Position numbers and translations under genes: made by a program. A stretch of 64,000 nucleotides of DNA. It comes from Somniosus microcephalus (lineage: Eukaryota). The stretch lies in assembly GCA_052327205.1 (NCBI GenBank), contig CM126218.1, forward strand, positions 58,652,001 to 58,716,000, written 5' to 3'. The notes beneath the pieces were generated by a model that did not search any database, was not told where the DNA came from, and saw only the letters and a list, made by a program, of their open reading frames with translations. Each line of letters begins with the position of its first letter. The stretch's first letter is position 1. Positions 24,016 through 37,090 of the stretch are shown piece by piece.

Positions 24016-25022
24016 ATTAAGAGATGGTGCAAGGCAAAAGGAGTTGGTAATGGGACAAGTTAAGAAACAAAAGATGACTCTAGATGAGGTGTAAATGGCA
24101 CTGGCAGAATGAAAGACAGCTGCTATGTGGGAGAGAGAAAAATATTCTCCCATTACCATCTCCTTTTGCCTTGCATCATCATCCCTTTTGTCTCTTAATC
24201 TCTCCTGCCTTCCATCCTATCACACACCTTCCCTTTTGTTCTTTCCTCCCCTCCCCCCTCTCCCTGCCCCTACACTTGCTTAAAAACCTGTTCCATCCCC
24301 AACTTTTTCCAGTTCTGACGAAGGGTCATCGACCTGATACATTAACTCTGTTTCTCTCTCCACAGATGCTGCCGGACCTGCTGAGTATTGCCAGCATTTT
24401 CTGTTTTTATTTCAGATTTCCAGCATCCGCAGTATTTTGCTTTTGTATTAGCAGAATGATGCTTTGTTTGTTCGTTGGTTATTTATTTTAAGACAGGAAT
24501 TAACTGGCCTATTTCAAATGGGTTCTGTTATGTTTCTGGATTTTGGTTCACCCATTTTACTCTAGATAACTTTTGGGTTCTGTTTCAGGTTGCTCTGAAA
24601 AAGTGATCCCTCGCTGCCTACGTCTTCAAGAGTGTTTCCACGTGCACTGATATTTAGGTAAAGTATCATAGCGAGTCCTGGATAATGAAGAGAGAACCCA
24701 TTTTAGATTACTTCAGCTGCTGGTTCTTTTCCGTTCTTCCTTGGGATAAGGCCACGTTGTGCTGTGCAAGTTCAGCACGAGGCGAGTGAAGCACTGGGAC
24801 ATTCATAATTCGGAAATAGGTCCTGCAAGGCACGCAGGACCCTAATTTAAATAACTGTCCCGTTTAGTGCCCACAAAACGGGCGTTGCGCGGCCGAATTT
24901 CTAGGCCATGATTTCTCACCATGCGCTCCCTGTGTAGTTGTAGCCTGAAAGTTGTATGATGTAAAAACAAATGATGAACTTAACAGCCAGAGGCGCAGGT
25001 AAATATCTCCAACTGTTGTTAC

Positions 25023-25125
25023 CTCAAACTGAACAATGGTATTCTCATTAACATCCAGATCGCGGGTAGTGATGGAATGCTCCCCAACCATAGTTGACAC
25101 GAAGACTATGGCGGAATCTTCCTCC
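25023..25125 (-). CDS. RELN: Reelin coding exon (103 bp)
   Basis: [38 protein letters not shown] bounded. Confidence 0.94.
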
Positions 25126-25221
25126 CTTGACAATGGAGAAACAAAGCCAAAATATCAAAGCTGTACAGTAACAAATAAATCAAATCTGCACAGAGAGAGA
25201 GGGCACAACCACTGTGACACA

Positions 25222-28066
25222 GGCCGAGATTTCCCCTACCTCGGCGGGTCCAATGCAGCCGGGGTCAGTGGCGGGTCGCGGCCCCGCTGCTGGCTCCATC
25301 CCGCTGTCCATAATGAATTTCCATTAATTGGGCTTGTTAAGCCTCCCCAGCCCGTTTCCTGGTCCAATTAGAGGTAGCGAGTCTGGTGACGTCATTCATG
25401 ATGCGTCATTAGCCGGTTTCCTTAAAGGGACCGTGGCCAACTTTCTTTTGACATTTGTGCTGTCAGTGTTCTACAGCACTGAGGTGCTACTAACACTGGA
25501 CAGAGGTGTAGAGCTGCACCCAGGTTCTCCGATGATTCCCTCCATATGCTTTTGGAGGGAGTTACAGCACGCAGGGAGGTCTTCTTCCCTTCCCATGGGC
25601 AGAAGAGACCTCCCCAGAAGACCAACACAGCCTGGTTGCAGATTGCAGAGGAGGTCACAAGCAGGAATGTCGTCAGGAGGACCTGGGTGCAGTGGTGCAA
25701 ACCTTTCAATGATCTCATTAGATCACGAAACGTTAGTACAAAGCCACACTCATCTTCATCCTACTGTGCCTCTCATCACATCCCCATCACTCTGCTTTCC
25801 CTACCCTACTCCTGCACATCCTTACTCACACCAACTTACCTTGCACCTCCACCCATCCCTCTCTCTCTATGTACATTATCAAATCCCCATCTCACTAGCC
25901 ACCCCTCACACTCACCCTCATCCTGGTGCAATAATATCAACTAACAACAGTGTTCATGGGATTGGGGGCAAGGTATTGACTTGGATAGAGAACTGGTTGG
26001 CAGACAGAAAGCAAAGAGTTGGAATAAACGGGTCTTTTTCCCGAGTGGCAGGCAGTGACTAGTGGGGTACCGCAGGGATCGGTCCTTGGACCCCAGCTAT
26101 TCACAATATATATTAATGATCTAGACAAGGGAACTAGATGTAATATCTCCAAATTTGCAGACGACACAAAGCTGGGTGGACGTGTGTGCTGTGAGGAGGA
26201 TGCCGAGAAACTCCAGGATGATTTGGACAGGTTGGGTGATTGGGCAAAAGCATGGCAGATGCAATATAACGTGGATAAATGTGAGGTTATCCACTTTGGT
26301 GGCAAAAACAGGAAGGCAGATTATTATCTGAATGGCAATAGATTGGGAGAAGGGGAAGTGCAACGAGACCTGGGTGTCCTTGTGCACCAGTCGCTGAAGG
26401 TAAGCATGCAGGTGCAGCAGGCGGTTAAGAAGGCAAATGGTATGTTGGCCTTCATAGCGAGAGGCTTTGAGTACAGGAACAAGGATGTCTTGCTGCAGTT
26501 GTACAGGGCCTTGGTGAGACCACATCTTGAGTATTGTGTGCAGTTTTGGTCACCTTATCTGAGGAAGGATGTTCTTGCCATGGAAGGAGTTCAGCGAAGA
26601 TTCACCAGGCTGATACCTGGGATGGCAGGAATGACGTATGAGGAGAGATTGCGTCGATTGGGCTTGTACTCGCTGGAGTTTAGAAGAATGAGAGGGGATC
26701 TCATTGAAACGTATAAAATTCTGACAGGACTGGACAGACTAGATGCAGGAAGGATGTTCCCGATGGTCAGGGAGTCCAGAACCAGGGGTCACAGTCTAAG
26801 GATAAGGGGTAGGCCATTTAGGACAGAAATGAGGAGGAATTTCTTCACCCAGAGAGTGGTGAACCTGTGGAATTCTCTACCACAGAAGGCAGTAGAGGCC
26901 AATTCATTAAATATATTCAAGAAGGAGTTAGATATATTTCTTAAGGCTAAAAGGATCAAGGGGTATGGGGAGAAAGCAGGGTCCAGGTACTGAATTTGGA
27001 TGATCAGCCATGATCGCATTGAATGACGGAGCAGGCTCGTGGGGTCGAATGGCCTACTCCTGCTCCTATCTTCTATGTTTCTATGTTTAATGTTTCTGTT
27101 AATGTGCTGTCAAACATTGAAACCTTTATTTTCAACCCTTTCTGTTATTGGACTGATTGTGTGCGTCCCACACCAACACCATAAAGCACCTTTGGAAGTG
27201 GCTTAGTGAGTTGCAGTGAATGGTGAGACATAAAGGTACCCCCTACAATGATGGTGAGTGTGAAAGGAATGGCTTGGACATGCTTTATGGTGTTGGTGTG
27301 GGGTGGTGCCAACCTGGACATCATGTGGCAGCCAGGTGAAGTAAATCTGGCCATGGTGAGGCCATCCCTGGCCTCCCAGGCAGCAATGTGGTCGGGTGCT
27401 GATGCCGTCTGTTCTGTGCAGCATCAGGTGATTGCAGAGAAGGTTGGTGTTGTTGTTGGTGCTGCTGGTGTGCCTGGTGTTGCTGGTGTTGGGGCTAATC
27501 GTGGTCGGATTCTGAGGACCAAGGTGAGATAGTATAAAGGGCACCCATGTTGATAGAATAGATGGCAGGTGAAGTAAAGATGACAGAAGCATTCTGTCAA
27601 TGGTGAGAGAGTTCTTCCAATGAGGTTAAGAGTGGATGGAGAGTGGAAAGCCTGCAGAATCTGTGCTGGAAATGGACTGAGAAACAGCTTGTGGCTGAGG
27701 AAAGTGATGATCTGTCAGGTGGGAGCTTTTACTGTACATTTGAAGCTGCCAAGTAATCAGCTGGAGCAATAGTCATTGAACTCCCACCTCAGATTGACAG
27801 CTGTGGTCCCTGAACAGCGTGGTTCCCGTGGCCATGAAGTTAAAGTCAAAAAGTAAGTTAAAAAAGCCTGTTAATCATCTGTCAACTTGGTGCTAATAAG
27901 TTTAATTGAGTCACCCGCCACTGCTTGACTGGTCTGCTCCCCGCTGACAGACCCGACATTGGGAAAGGCGCGTTGCGGCGGGTTCCCAACCCGCTGTCAA
28001 AAAAAAACATTTTCCCACCCAACTCGCCACCGATCCCGCCCGCTGACACCCTGGAAAATCTCGGCC
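25222..28066. mobile_element. Internally deleted Harbinger transposon
   Basis: TIRs GGCCGAGATTT / AAATCTCGGCC. TSD ACA at 25219-25221 and 28067-28069. Myb-domain remnant on + at about 25500-25730 (AWLQIAEEVTS...RRTWVQ). Q-rich transposase N-terminal remnant on - at about 27150-27550. Confidence 0.85.
25955..27088 (+). mobile_element. 5'-truncated CR1 LINE nested in the Harbinger element
   Basis: ORF 26055-26993 with SGVPQGSVLGP and FADD. Tail (TTCTATGT)n. Confidence 0.93.
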
Positions 28067-28591
28067 ACAGTGTTATTTGGGAGTGTACAGAGGAGTGCAT
28101 GACGAATGAAGCAATGCCATGACGATCCAGCTTACCACTAAAAACAATCTTTTTAACAAAAGCAGTGGCCTGCAAATTTAATGTGGAGCCGGAAGGAGCA
28201 CTCCTTCTCCTCCTGGCTCCACAACATGGTAAGTAAAAAAGTTAAACTTACCAGTCAGTAGGTCCGTTTAAGGACCACTGGTTTGGCTGACAAATGCCTG
28301 AGAATACATGGCGCATTCTCAGGCGAGTTGCTAACAAGTTTTGTAAAGGGAGCCTGATGCAGGTCTTTTACGCCTATAAAAAGGTTGTGGCGCCGAAGTA
28401 TTTCTAGTGTCTGCTGTAACATGACCATTCTCTGGTGGTCACCACACCAGGTTTTTCTATTACTTACTGAAACAATACAGCGGATCATTTAGTAATTAGA
28501 TGTATTTTGCTGAAACAATTACTTGCTATGAAGGAGGTTATGGTGTAGGACAGTTTGAGAATAGTCACATTAAATAGGTCCATTCTAACCA

Positions 28592-28822
28592 GCAACAACA
28601 ACTTGCATTTATGTAGCGCCTTTAACATAGTAAAACATCCCAAGGCGCTTCACAGGAGCGTTACCAGACAAAATATGACACCGAGCCGCTTAAGGCGATA
28701 TTAGGACAGGTGATCAAAAACATGGTCAAAGAGGTAGGTTTTCAGGCGGGTCTTAAAGCAGGAGAGAGGGGTAGAGAGGCGGAGAGGTTTAAGGAGGGAA
28801 TTCCAGAGTTTAGGGCCTAGAC
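28592..28822 (-). mobile_element. L2 LINE 3' end
   Basis: (AAC)n-TTGCATTTAT...AAGGCGCTTCACA tail, similar to the SINE tails in this window, followed by ORF2-end sequence GGAATTCCAGAG. Confidence 0.65.
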
Positions 28823-28909
28823 ATCAGTTTAGATTACTAGAACCTCGTTATTACTGCACACAGTTACAAGACCAATATCCTAATCCACACGAGAAGCTCT
28901 CAATCTTAC

Positions 28910-29081
28910 GTGGCTCCTTTTGATACATAGGGACAATAGAGGCCAATGTTTCCACCAGGGTAGAAGAACCAGTTGTCCTCTTTGGGTCCAAAGTCAAACG
29001 TATCCAACAAAACACCAGGATTTTTCACATTGTTCCCATCAATAATGAGGTCATCGATGATCCAGATTTCTTCCTTTTTTC
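28910..29081 (-). CDS. RELN: Reelin coding exon (172 bp)
   Basis: [58 protein letters not shown] acceptor, GTAAG donor. Confidence 0.95.
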
Positions 29082-30328
29082 CTTTGTCGAAGAACAGAAA
29101 ATCAGAGTGAATTTGACTACAGTTTCTCAGCAGTCAAACAAACTGCTTATTGTGCAACTTAATTAAAAGTCCAATTTTAGTTCTATACTGCATGCATTTA
29201 ACAAGTTGCTATTGTGTATTCCAGCTGAATTATCTCTATTTCTATTCACCAATCTCATATCGGTTTAGATTTCCATAAAAAATGAAATAAGACCATTTCA
29301 TTCAGTACATTCTTAAAGATTCTTAAACGCAGTCTGGATTTGCTTTCAACCCAGCATTCATGCAGTTTATCACTGTATATAAAAGCCATTACAATCAAAG
29401 GGTAAAGATAAGTAAAAAGATTAAAGAGTATAAATTGGTGCTACTTTGAATAATCTTACTCAATTTTAATCGGTGGAGAAGTTTCATCAATGGTCAAAAT
29501 GAAAGTTTTTTCACACAAAATCAAACTGCAATATTGTTCATTGAGCTTATCATTTTCAGTGACAGTAGAAGAATCTGAAAATCAGATTTTAAAAGAAGCT
29601 TTACCAAGACTCTTACTGAGCTGAGGAGGTGGATCATGTTCTGTCCAGCACTGGGAGGAACAAGGGGCTGACTATGTGGGAAGCTACACTGTTGCTGGCA
29701 CCACCATTAGTCGTTTGCTGCCTCTGAAGGTGGTGTTATAATAAGGCATGTTGTAATATGCCTATTTGTACGGGATCTTGCCACTTTTATGCATGAATAG
29801 ATGGAGAGGTGAGTTAAGCCTGACGTGCAGTGTCTTCGTGCTCTAGAGTTTGAGCGTACGATTCCACGCTACGTGAGTTTCTGATTTCAGTTGGGTGACT
29901 GGTATGAGAAATGGAAATGTCATGGGGTGGGTTGCTGACGTTGGCGCTGACTGTATTGGAGCCCAATTGAGCGAGCTTTACTCGGTATCTGTCTGCGCTG
30001 TTCCTAACCTCAGAGCATATAGTGACGACAGTGAGTGCAAAGTGTATTAAAGGTTCCATTCATAGCATAAGATTGTCCGCAATCCTCTCACGTGTTCAAC
30101 CTCAGCCATAAAATATACACATTGTGCAGTATAGTACAACAGAATATCAATGTTTCAGCTTTAACAAATCGAATGGGTATTTATATTCTGCAAATCAAAA
30201 TTGATTCTGTAAGCTTTTAACAAATTGACTGAATTAATTTACATTAATAATGCAAAGTAAACTCTCCAAAAGGATCCCAGAAGCTATTTATCGACGACAC
30301 AAGTGTAAACATAATTGCAGCTTGTTAC

Positions 30329-30511
30329 CTTCATTGTGGGGTTGCCAGAGGCGGAATCGAGTTGCATTGGTCTGGGCTGTGTGTGGTAAGGGAACATTAA
30401 TAAAGAGGACCTCTGTTGTCTGAGGGAAGTAGAATTCATCCATCAAGTGCCAGGTAATGCCACCATTGATGGAATACTGCAGCAGAATAGAATGCGACCG
30501 GTCAGGGGCAC
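30329..30511 (-). CDS. RELN: Reelin coding exon (183 bp), repeat 4B
   Basis: [64 protein letters not shown] bounded. Confidence 0.95.
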
Positions 30512-30933
30512 CTGAACCAAGACACAGATTGGGAACAATAAAATCGCCATTAAAGCAGGTTCAGTCAAAGGCACATATGGTAATAAGACCACCTGCAATT
30601 TATCAGAGAAATGGCAGACGCCACTAAAAAAATTCACTTAAAAAAAAATTATGCTTAATTTGAGTTTGCACACCATGGAAAGTCAGCAGTTCCCCTATTG
30701 AGAAGCTCTGCTGAGGGCTGAGGAAACTCACCATATGTGTAATTAGCAAATGCAGGAGACTGCCTTTTGAAGGACTTGATGACTTACTAACCAACTCAAC
30801 CACTTCACTCCCCACATCTTTCACAGCATCAAATACTTTGCGTGAGGAGGGCATGTCCCTCACACAGCAAGATGTCCCCAGACAAATCCTACCACTTTGC
30901 ATAGTCAGGGACCAGCTTTAGATAGAGAAACAG

Positions 30934-30970
30934 AGTTAACGTTTCAGGTCTGGGACCCTTCATCAGAACT
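30934..30970 (-). ncRNA. Minimal type I hammerhead ribozyme motif (intact core)
   Basis: Minus strand AGUU-CUGAUGA-AGGGUCCCAGACCU-GAAA-CG-UU-AACU. Confidence 0.72.
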
Positions 30971-31102
30971 GGAAAAAGTTGGAGATGTAACAGGTATTAA
31001 GCAGGTGCAGAGACAGGGAGGCGGGGAGGGGAGGAAGGAATTGAAGGATTAGGTACTTTACAGCCTTCTGGACTCAACATTGAGTTCAACAATTTCAAAC
31101 TA

Positions 31103-31423
31103 CAGGAAACTTTCGATTAACCGGCCACTAAATAACCGGAAATGTCGGTTAACCGGCAAAATTCAGGAATCGGTTCAGATAACTTTTTTTTACTTTTAGT
31201 TACTTTTTTTTACTCATTTCTGGCTGTGCAAGCGTCTAACTGAAACTGTTGCTAAGCTACAGAGATGCTTGCAAGCTGTGCTGATTGTTTTGAAGCTGGG
31301 TTTGTTGCTTTAGACGGAGCGCTGAGCTCCGCATCTTTTAACTATAGCGCTCGATTCTCCGGCATTGTTGATAGACCGGCACCAGCTCGGTCCTGTCTGT
31401 GCCGGATACCAGAAAGTTTCCTG
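31103..31423. mobile_element. Tc1/mariner (pogo/Tigger-like) MITE nested in the Penelope-like element
   Basis: TIRs CAGGAAACTTTC / GAAAGTTTCCTG. TA TSD at 31101-31102 and 31424-31425. Subterminal TAACCGG repeats. Confidence 0.82.
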
Positions 31424-33537
31424 TATAACCCCTGCTCCCAGTTTTCATGCTGTATGATTTTACCATGCCTATTTGCAACATTTTATCTTTCCTGCCTCTT
31501 ACCTCAGCACAGTATGTTCCTTCAATTCCTTCCTCCCCTCCCACCCCCCTGCACCTGCTTAATATCTGTTACATCTCCAGCTTTTTCCAGTTCTGATGAA
31601 GGGTCCCAGACCTGAAATGTTAACTCTGTTTGTCTCTCCACGGATGCTGCCTGGCCTGCTGAGGGTTTCCAGCATTTTCTGTTGTTATTTCAGATTTCCA
31701 GCATCCGCAGTATTTTGCTATTGTACCAGCTTTAGATACCTTGGCGTACATGTCACATGGAAACCCACCACCGTGAAACGAAAGGCACTTCCCTGCCTCC
31801 AACCAGTATATATGTTAACCCAACCAGATGGAATAACCTGCCCATATATGACTTCTGGGTAGAGTCAACACAATAAAGATGACTGTTCTTTCCTACCCCC
31901 TCGACCTATTAGAGATGGTGCCTGTCAAGAGACCACCGGACAATTTTGAGACTTGGATAGTCACATCTCCAAGAGAGGGTTCTGCAATTCCCCACATAGT
32001 GCGTTCCTGAACTAGGCTGTATGGTAAAGGGGAAGGGTTGAGCCAAGGACAGGCACTGCCCCACAGGGAAACCATCCTTGTGCCTCATGCATAACATGGG
32101 GGCCCGGGGAGTTTAAAAAGGGTCAAAAATACAAGAGAAACAGGAGAAAAAATGATTAAAGTCACATTATTAATTACAACTGTAATCTGCAACTGATGGA
32201 ATTGCATTACAATATTTCAAATTGCAAATGGAATTTAATATTCTGTGAAATAATAGAAACAGACATAATAAATGTCTCTACATTTGATTCTGGATCTAGA
32301 AACAACACAAATCATAGAATTTCTGCTTGATTTTTTAAAATATATATAAACTCAGAATAACAACAATCTACCATTGATAAGACTGGTCTGAAGCCCAAGT
32401 TGATACATTTAATTAAAACTGTGTGAGCCACATTCTGACTGTGAGTATTAGTTCAAACTCTACGCAAACACTGCTTTAATCAGCGGTAGCTCTTTGGAGT
32501 AACTGTGTGCAACCCATGAGATAGCTTTCCTTCCAACCAGAGGGAAAAAATCCATGAATTAACTTGTTCTGAAACATGTATTCGAGCCGCGTGCCACCCT
32601 CTCTCTTAAGGATTAGTAATATGAACGGGTGGCCAAGTGTTATCAGAAAAAAACCCTCTCAGTAGCTCAATTGCTGAATATTTAGCTTTATCATCAGCTG
32701 AAATAATCCTGCTGTCATTTTAACTTGCTTGTCACCAGAAGTGTTTCAATATTTACTCCTGACTTCACACAGACTGTCCTGGATGCTCTCAGATGTCAAC
32801 TTATGTTATTGCAGAGGATGCTGTTGTGCATTTAAAAAAAAATCATAGCTGTATGTGCTCCGTACTCTCATGGGAACTCTTTTATTTTCTCTCCTCCCCC
32901 ACTTTGAGGTTACCTCATGCTATGCCTTAATGAACAGTCATCCACTATCAATGCTGGTCTTGATCAAGTCACTAGGAGGGTGCAGGGGAGCAGCCTGGAG
33001 TCGGCCCCCATCATCAAACTCCCATATGAGGCTGCGCCTGATCTTTGCTCAATGCCTCCCCGGCAGCCCAAGCTCAGGAACGCATCACATAAGAGGTCAG
33101 GAGTGTAAAACTACATCCTACCAGTCTGGTACTACATGAACAACAGCTCCCTGTGCCACTGCATCACAGACTGGATATTATGGCCTGGGAGGAGGGGGAA
33201 ATTGGCCAGTCTTGCTGCTCCTGATTGCCCTGTGGTGAAGCGCATGAGTGGGGCCTTTGGGCTTGCCTCTGATGCCCTCCACAATTGATTAGCCTAAAGT
33301 TGGATAGGTTCCATGTGAAAGATAGCCACTTGAGTGAGGTACAGGAATGCAACTTGCGCCAGTGCCCCAGCAAACAGTCAATGACTTCAGAACAGAACAG
33401 AAAATTAGTAAAGAAAATAGTCTTTTGAGTGGAAACATTTCCTTTAGTTACAATAACAACCAGAATTGGTGAAGCATCCCACTTGAAACATTAACCTATC
33501 TTTCCCTTTCAGATGTTCACTGACCTACTGTACATAT

Positions 33538-33968
33538 AAAGAAAGAAAGACTTGCATTTATATAGCACCTTTCACAACCACCGGACACTTTACAGCCAAT
33601 GAAGTACTTTTTGAAGTGTAGTCACTGTCGTAATATAGGAAACGCGGCAGCCAATTTGCCCAAAGCAGCTCCCACAAACAGCAATCTGATAACGACCAGA
33701 TAATCTGTTTCACTGATGTTGACTGAGGGATAAACATTGGCCAGGACACCGGGGATAACTCCCTTGCTCTTCTTCGAAATAGTGCCATGGGAGCTTTTAC
33801 GTCCACCTGAGAGAGCAGACAGGGCCTGGGTTTAACGTCTCATCCGAAAGACTGAGGGAGTGCTGCATTGGAGTGTCAGCCTAGATTTTTGTGCCTGGCT
33901 TGGGACTTGAACCCACAACCTTCTGACTCAGAGGCGAGGGTGCTACCAACTGAGCCACAGCTGACACT
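33538..33968 (-). mobile_element. tRNA-derived Deu-domain SINE (SacSINE1-like), near full length
   Basis: Minus-strand head with A box TGGCTCAGTTGG and B box GGTTCAAGTCC, central AAATTGGCTGCCGCGTTTCC, L2-like tail with (CTTT)n. Colinear with 62765-63227. Family name is from recollection. Confidence 0.75.
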
Positions 33969-34173
33969 TTAATATCCCGCACTTTCTGCTCCATTTCAGA
34001 TTTCCTGCATTTTTTATTGTATATATTTTAGAACGTTTGCCATTGTTCTTGTTTTCATCTCTGCAACATGAAGTATAAGGGCTCCGACCGACATTGTCTA
34101 CTCTCTGTGGAATCACTAAACGGGATTGATTTTTAAAAAATATTGCGTGCTGGGAAAAAGAAAAGAAACAGAC

Positions 34174-34258
34174 CTTTCGCTGTGAACTTGAATGAGAACT
34201 GAATGTACAAAGTGTTTGTGCACTCCAGGTCCCTGGAAACCAGCATCCTCAGGCCCTC
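34174..34258 (-). CDS. RELN: Reelin coding exon (85 bp)
   Basis: [32 protein letters not shown] bounded, phase 0/1. Confidence 0.93.
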
Positions 34259-36108
34259 CTGCAAGAAACAAAGAGGTCAGTGAGTGAGTCGAACCAATGA
34301 GATTGTAAGTTGTACAAAGAGCACACAGATTGCCAATGGTATTTCTGCAAAGTGTGATTTAGAAATGAGTTTGAGAACGTGTTGTTATTTTCACAAATAC
34401 TGTACAACTAATTGGACATGAACTTAATTATCTCAGCTCTATTTATATGTTGAAGGAAACAGACTCAAAAAAGTGTCTCTGACAACACACAGTGGTGTGT
34501 TAGAGTATGAACACAATACATCTGCTCTGTGTCAATTTAACAAACAAAAAGAAAATAATTTTATTACTTTTAAAGTATAACCCTCGATAGAAATTTTACT
34601 GCAGCCCACAAAGGATTATACTTCATTTTTTTCATATTATTGTCATTGCCTTCTATTTGTGGTCAAAAGGACTATGATAAATGAGGTATTATTTACAGCA
34701 ATAGTATAGACAGCACTGTTGAGAGTGTCCAGGCTGTTTAATTATGTTATGTCAGACCAGAAGTCTGTAAAAGAATGATTGTGTCATATGCCTTTTTGGG
34801 GCAGAAGCATGACATGGATTAGTACTTAAATGTGCTGTTAGGATCTATCAAAAGTATATCTCAATAACAGGGACAGTGGCTTTTAGCACTAGTAAGGAGC
34901 AAGGCTGTAAATGAAAAATGATCTACTGAGAGAGTTTCTTGTTAAGAGGAAATTAGGCAGAAACAGAGCAGATAAAATATCAGCTCACATTTACATTGGA
35001 GAGGGGGGCTGATATTGCACAGACTGGTCGGCACCACATGTGCACTGGAGTACGGTATAAAATTCAGTTCTCTTTTCAACGTGACTTTGGATTGTTTGTG
35101 AAAATTACAATGATATTTTGACCTGTTGAAGTCTCTTTTGATGAAGTTATCAAGTCTGAGAGTGCAATGCTGCATTAACAAAAGCTTCTTTGTCAGATGA
35201 TGAAGTACAGTGCAGATTCAGACAGCTGTCGGGTAAAGACTGCTGTTACCTGTGAGGCGACATGCTGATTAACAGAAATAAATCCGGTCAAGGTTCAAAC
35301 CAGTTCATAATGTATTAACTATACTGAACTGCACAAGATCTACGTTTATCTAAAATTATGCAACATGTTGACAGGCAATTTTTGTTTATTCATGAGTGAG
35401 GAGGACAACTTTCTTTTCATGCTTTGACCAGAACTTCCAGCCATCTTGAGACACATTGCTACATTGATTTCTGTCAAAATGCAGTCTCCCTTTATCTTAA
35501 GAACGATAAAATCTGTGAAACTCCTTGCTTTTTCCATGGATTATAATTAAAAACACATTTCTTTATGAAGCAGAAATAATAAATATCTGTTTTATTTGCT
35601 GAAATAAAAACTTTCTTGAGTCACATTGAAACACAAAACAAGAACACAGAGCTCGAGTATAGCACGAGCGACTTAGTGAAGTGCTGGTGGATATCAGCCG
35701 GAAGACAAGACTCCCACCGGCCGATGGCCCACCATCAGAATCTGGGGAACCAGGTCATTTTAACATTGCTTAGACCAAGACAATTCCATAAGAGAAGAGA
35801 GGAGAATTATTATATATTTGTCACGTGAAACTGACAGTAATAAGGATCCTTTTCTAATGGGGGGAAAGATTGCACGTAATTCCCAAGAATGACAGGCTAC
35901 AGGAGAAGGGGCAGCAGAAATCTGCATTTTAACACTGCAAGTTGTGGCGGAACAAATGGAAATCCTGTGGAACTCACTCAGCTAATGCTGTAGGGGGTGT
36001 AGGTGTGGGAAGACCTGCGCCCACACATATATGTGCTCACTAAGTGCTAATGGTCAATGATTAGGAATGGTCTCTCTCTTGAGACTCATACTTTGAGAAC
36101 CCTAACAG

Positions 36109-37090
36109 TATCAATGATTTGGATGAGGGAAAAAAATGTAATATTTCCAAGTTTGCTGATGACACGAAACTAGCTGGGATTGTGAGTTGTGAGGAGGATG
36201 CAAAGAGGCCTCAAGGCGATTTAGACAAGTTGAGTGAGTGGGCAAATACATGGCAGATGCAGTACAACGTGGATAAATGTGAAGTTATCCACTTCGGTAA
36301 GAAAAACAGAAAGGTAGAGTATTATTTAAATGGTGCTAGATTGGGAAATGCTGATGTACAAAGGGACCTGGGTGTCCTTGTACACCAGTCACTGAAAGCA
36401 AACATGCAGGTGCAGCAAGCAGTTAGGAAGGCAAATGGTATGTTGGCCTTCATTGCAAGAGGATTTGAGTACAGGAGCAAGGATGTCTTACTACAGTTAA
36501 TTTACTTGGTCTTACCAAGGGCCTTGGTGAGACCACACCTGGAGTACTGTGTGCAGTTTTGGTCTCCTTACCTAAGAATATACTTGCCATAGAGGGAGTG
36601 CAGCGAAGGTTCACCAGACTGATTCCTGGGATGGCAGGACTGTTGTATGAGGAGAGATTGGGTCGACTAGGCCTGTATTCACTAGAGTTTAGAAGAATGA
36701 GAGGGAATCTCATTGAAACGTATACAATTCTGACAGGGCTAGACAGACTGGATGCAGGGAGGATGTTTCCCATGGCTGGGGGGTCTAGAATGAGGGGTCA
36801 CAGTCTCAGGATACGGGGTAGGACATTTAGGACTGAGATGAGGAGAAATTTCTTCACTCAGAGGATGGTGAACCTGTGGAATTCTCCACCACAGAAGGCT
36901 GTGGAGGCCAAGTCACTGAATATATTTAAGGAGATAGATAGATTTCTAGACACTAAAGGCATCAAGGGGTATGAGGAGAGAGCAGGAATATGGTATTGAG
37001 ATAGAGGATCAGCCATGATCATATTGAATGTTGGAGCAGGCTTGAAGGGCCGAATGGCCTACTCCTGCTCCTATTTTTCTATGTTTCTAT
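36109..37090 (+). mobile_element. 5'-truncated CR1 LINE with frameshift
   Basis: ORFs 36119-36592 and 36559-36999 (FADD, RPHLEYCVQFW). CR1 tail. Confidence 0.92.

Larger units (their letters stand above)
23054..24445. mobile_element. Penelope-like element made of inverted terminal (pLTR-like) fragments
   Basis: About 23081-23340 (continuing 24019-24135) is inverted relative to about 24150-24448. 16-bp TSD TATTAGCAGAATGATG at 23038-23053 and 24446-24461. Contains hammerhead cores. Confidence 0.75.
30925..31724. mobile_element. Penelope-like element with inverted terminal fragment
   Basis: 30925-31048 is inverted relative to about 31515-31640. 14-bp TSD ACCAGCTTTAGATA at 30911-30924 and 31725-31738. 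Hammerhead cores at 30934-30970 (-) and 31589-31625 (+). Confidence 0.78.

Noticed and set aside
25328-26062. 244-aa ORF as a novel gene
   Set aside because: It is a chance read-through across the Harbinger end, an off-frame Myb remnant, an intron and the CR1 start.
33880-33968. tRNA gene
   Set aside because: It is the tRNA-derived head of a SINE, continues into the SINE body, and shows no complete cloverleaf.
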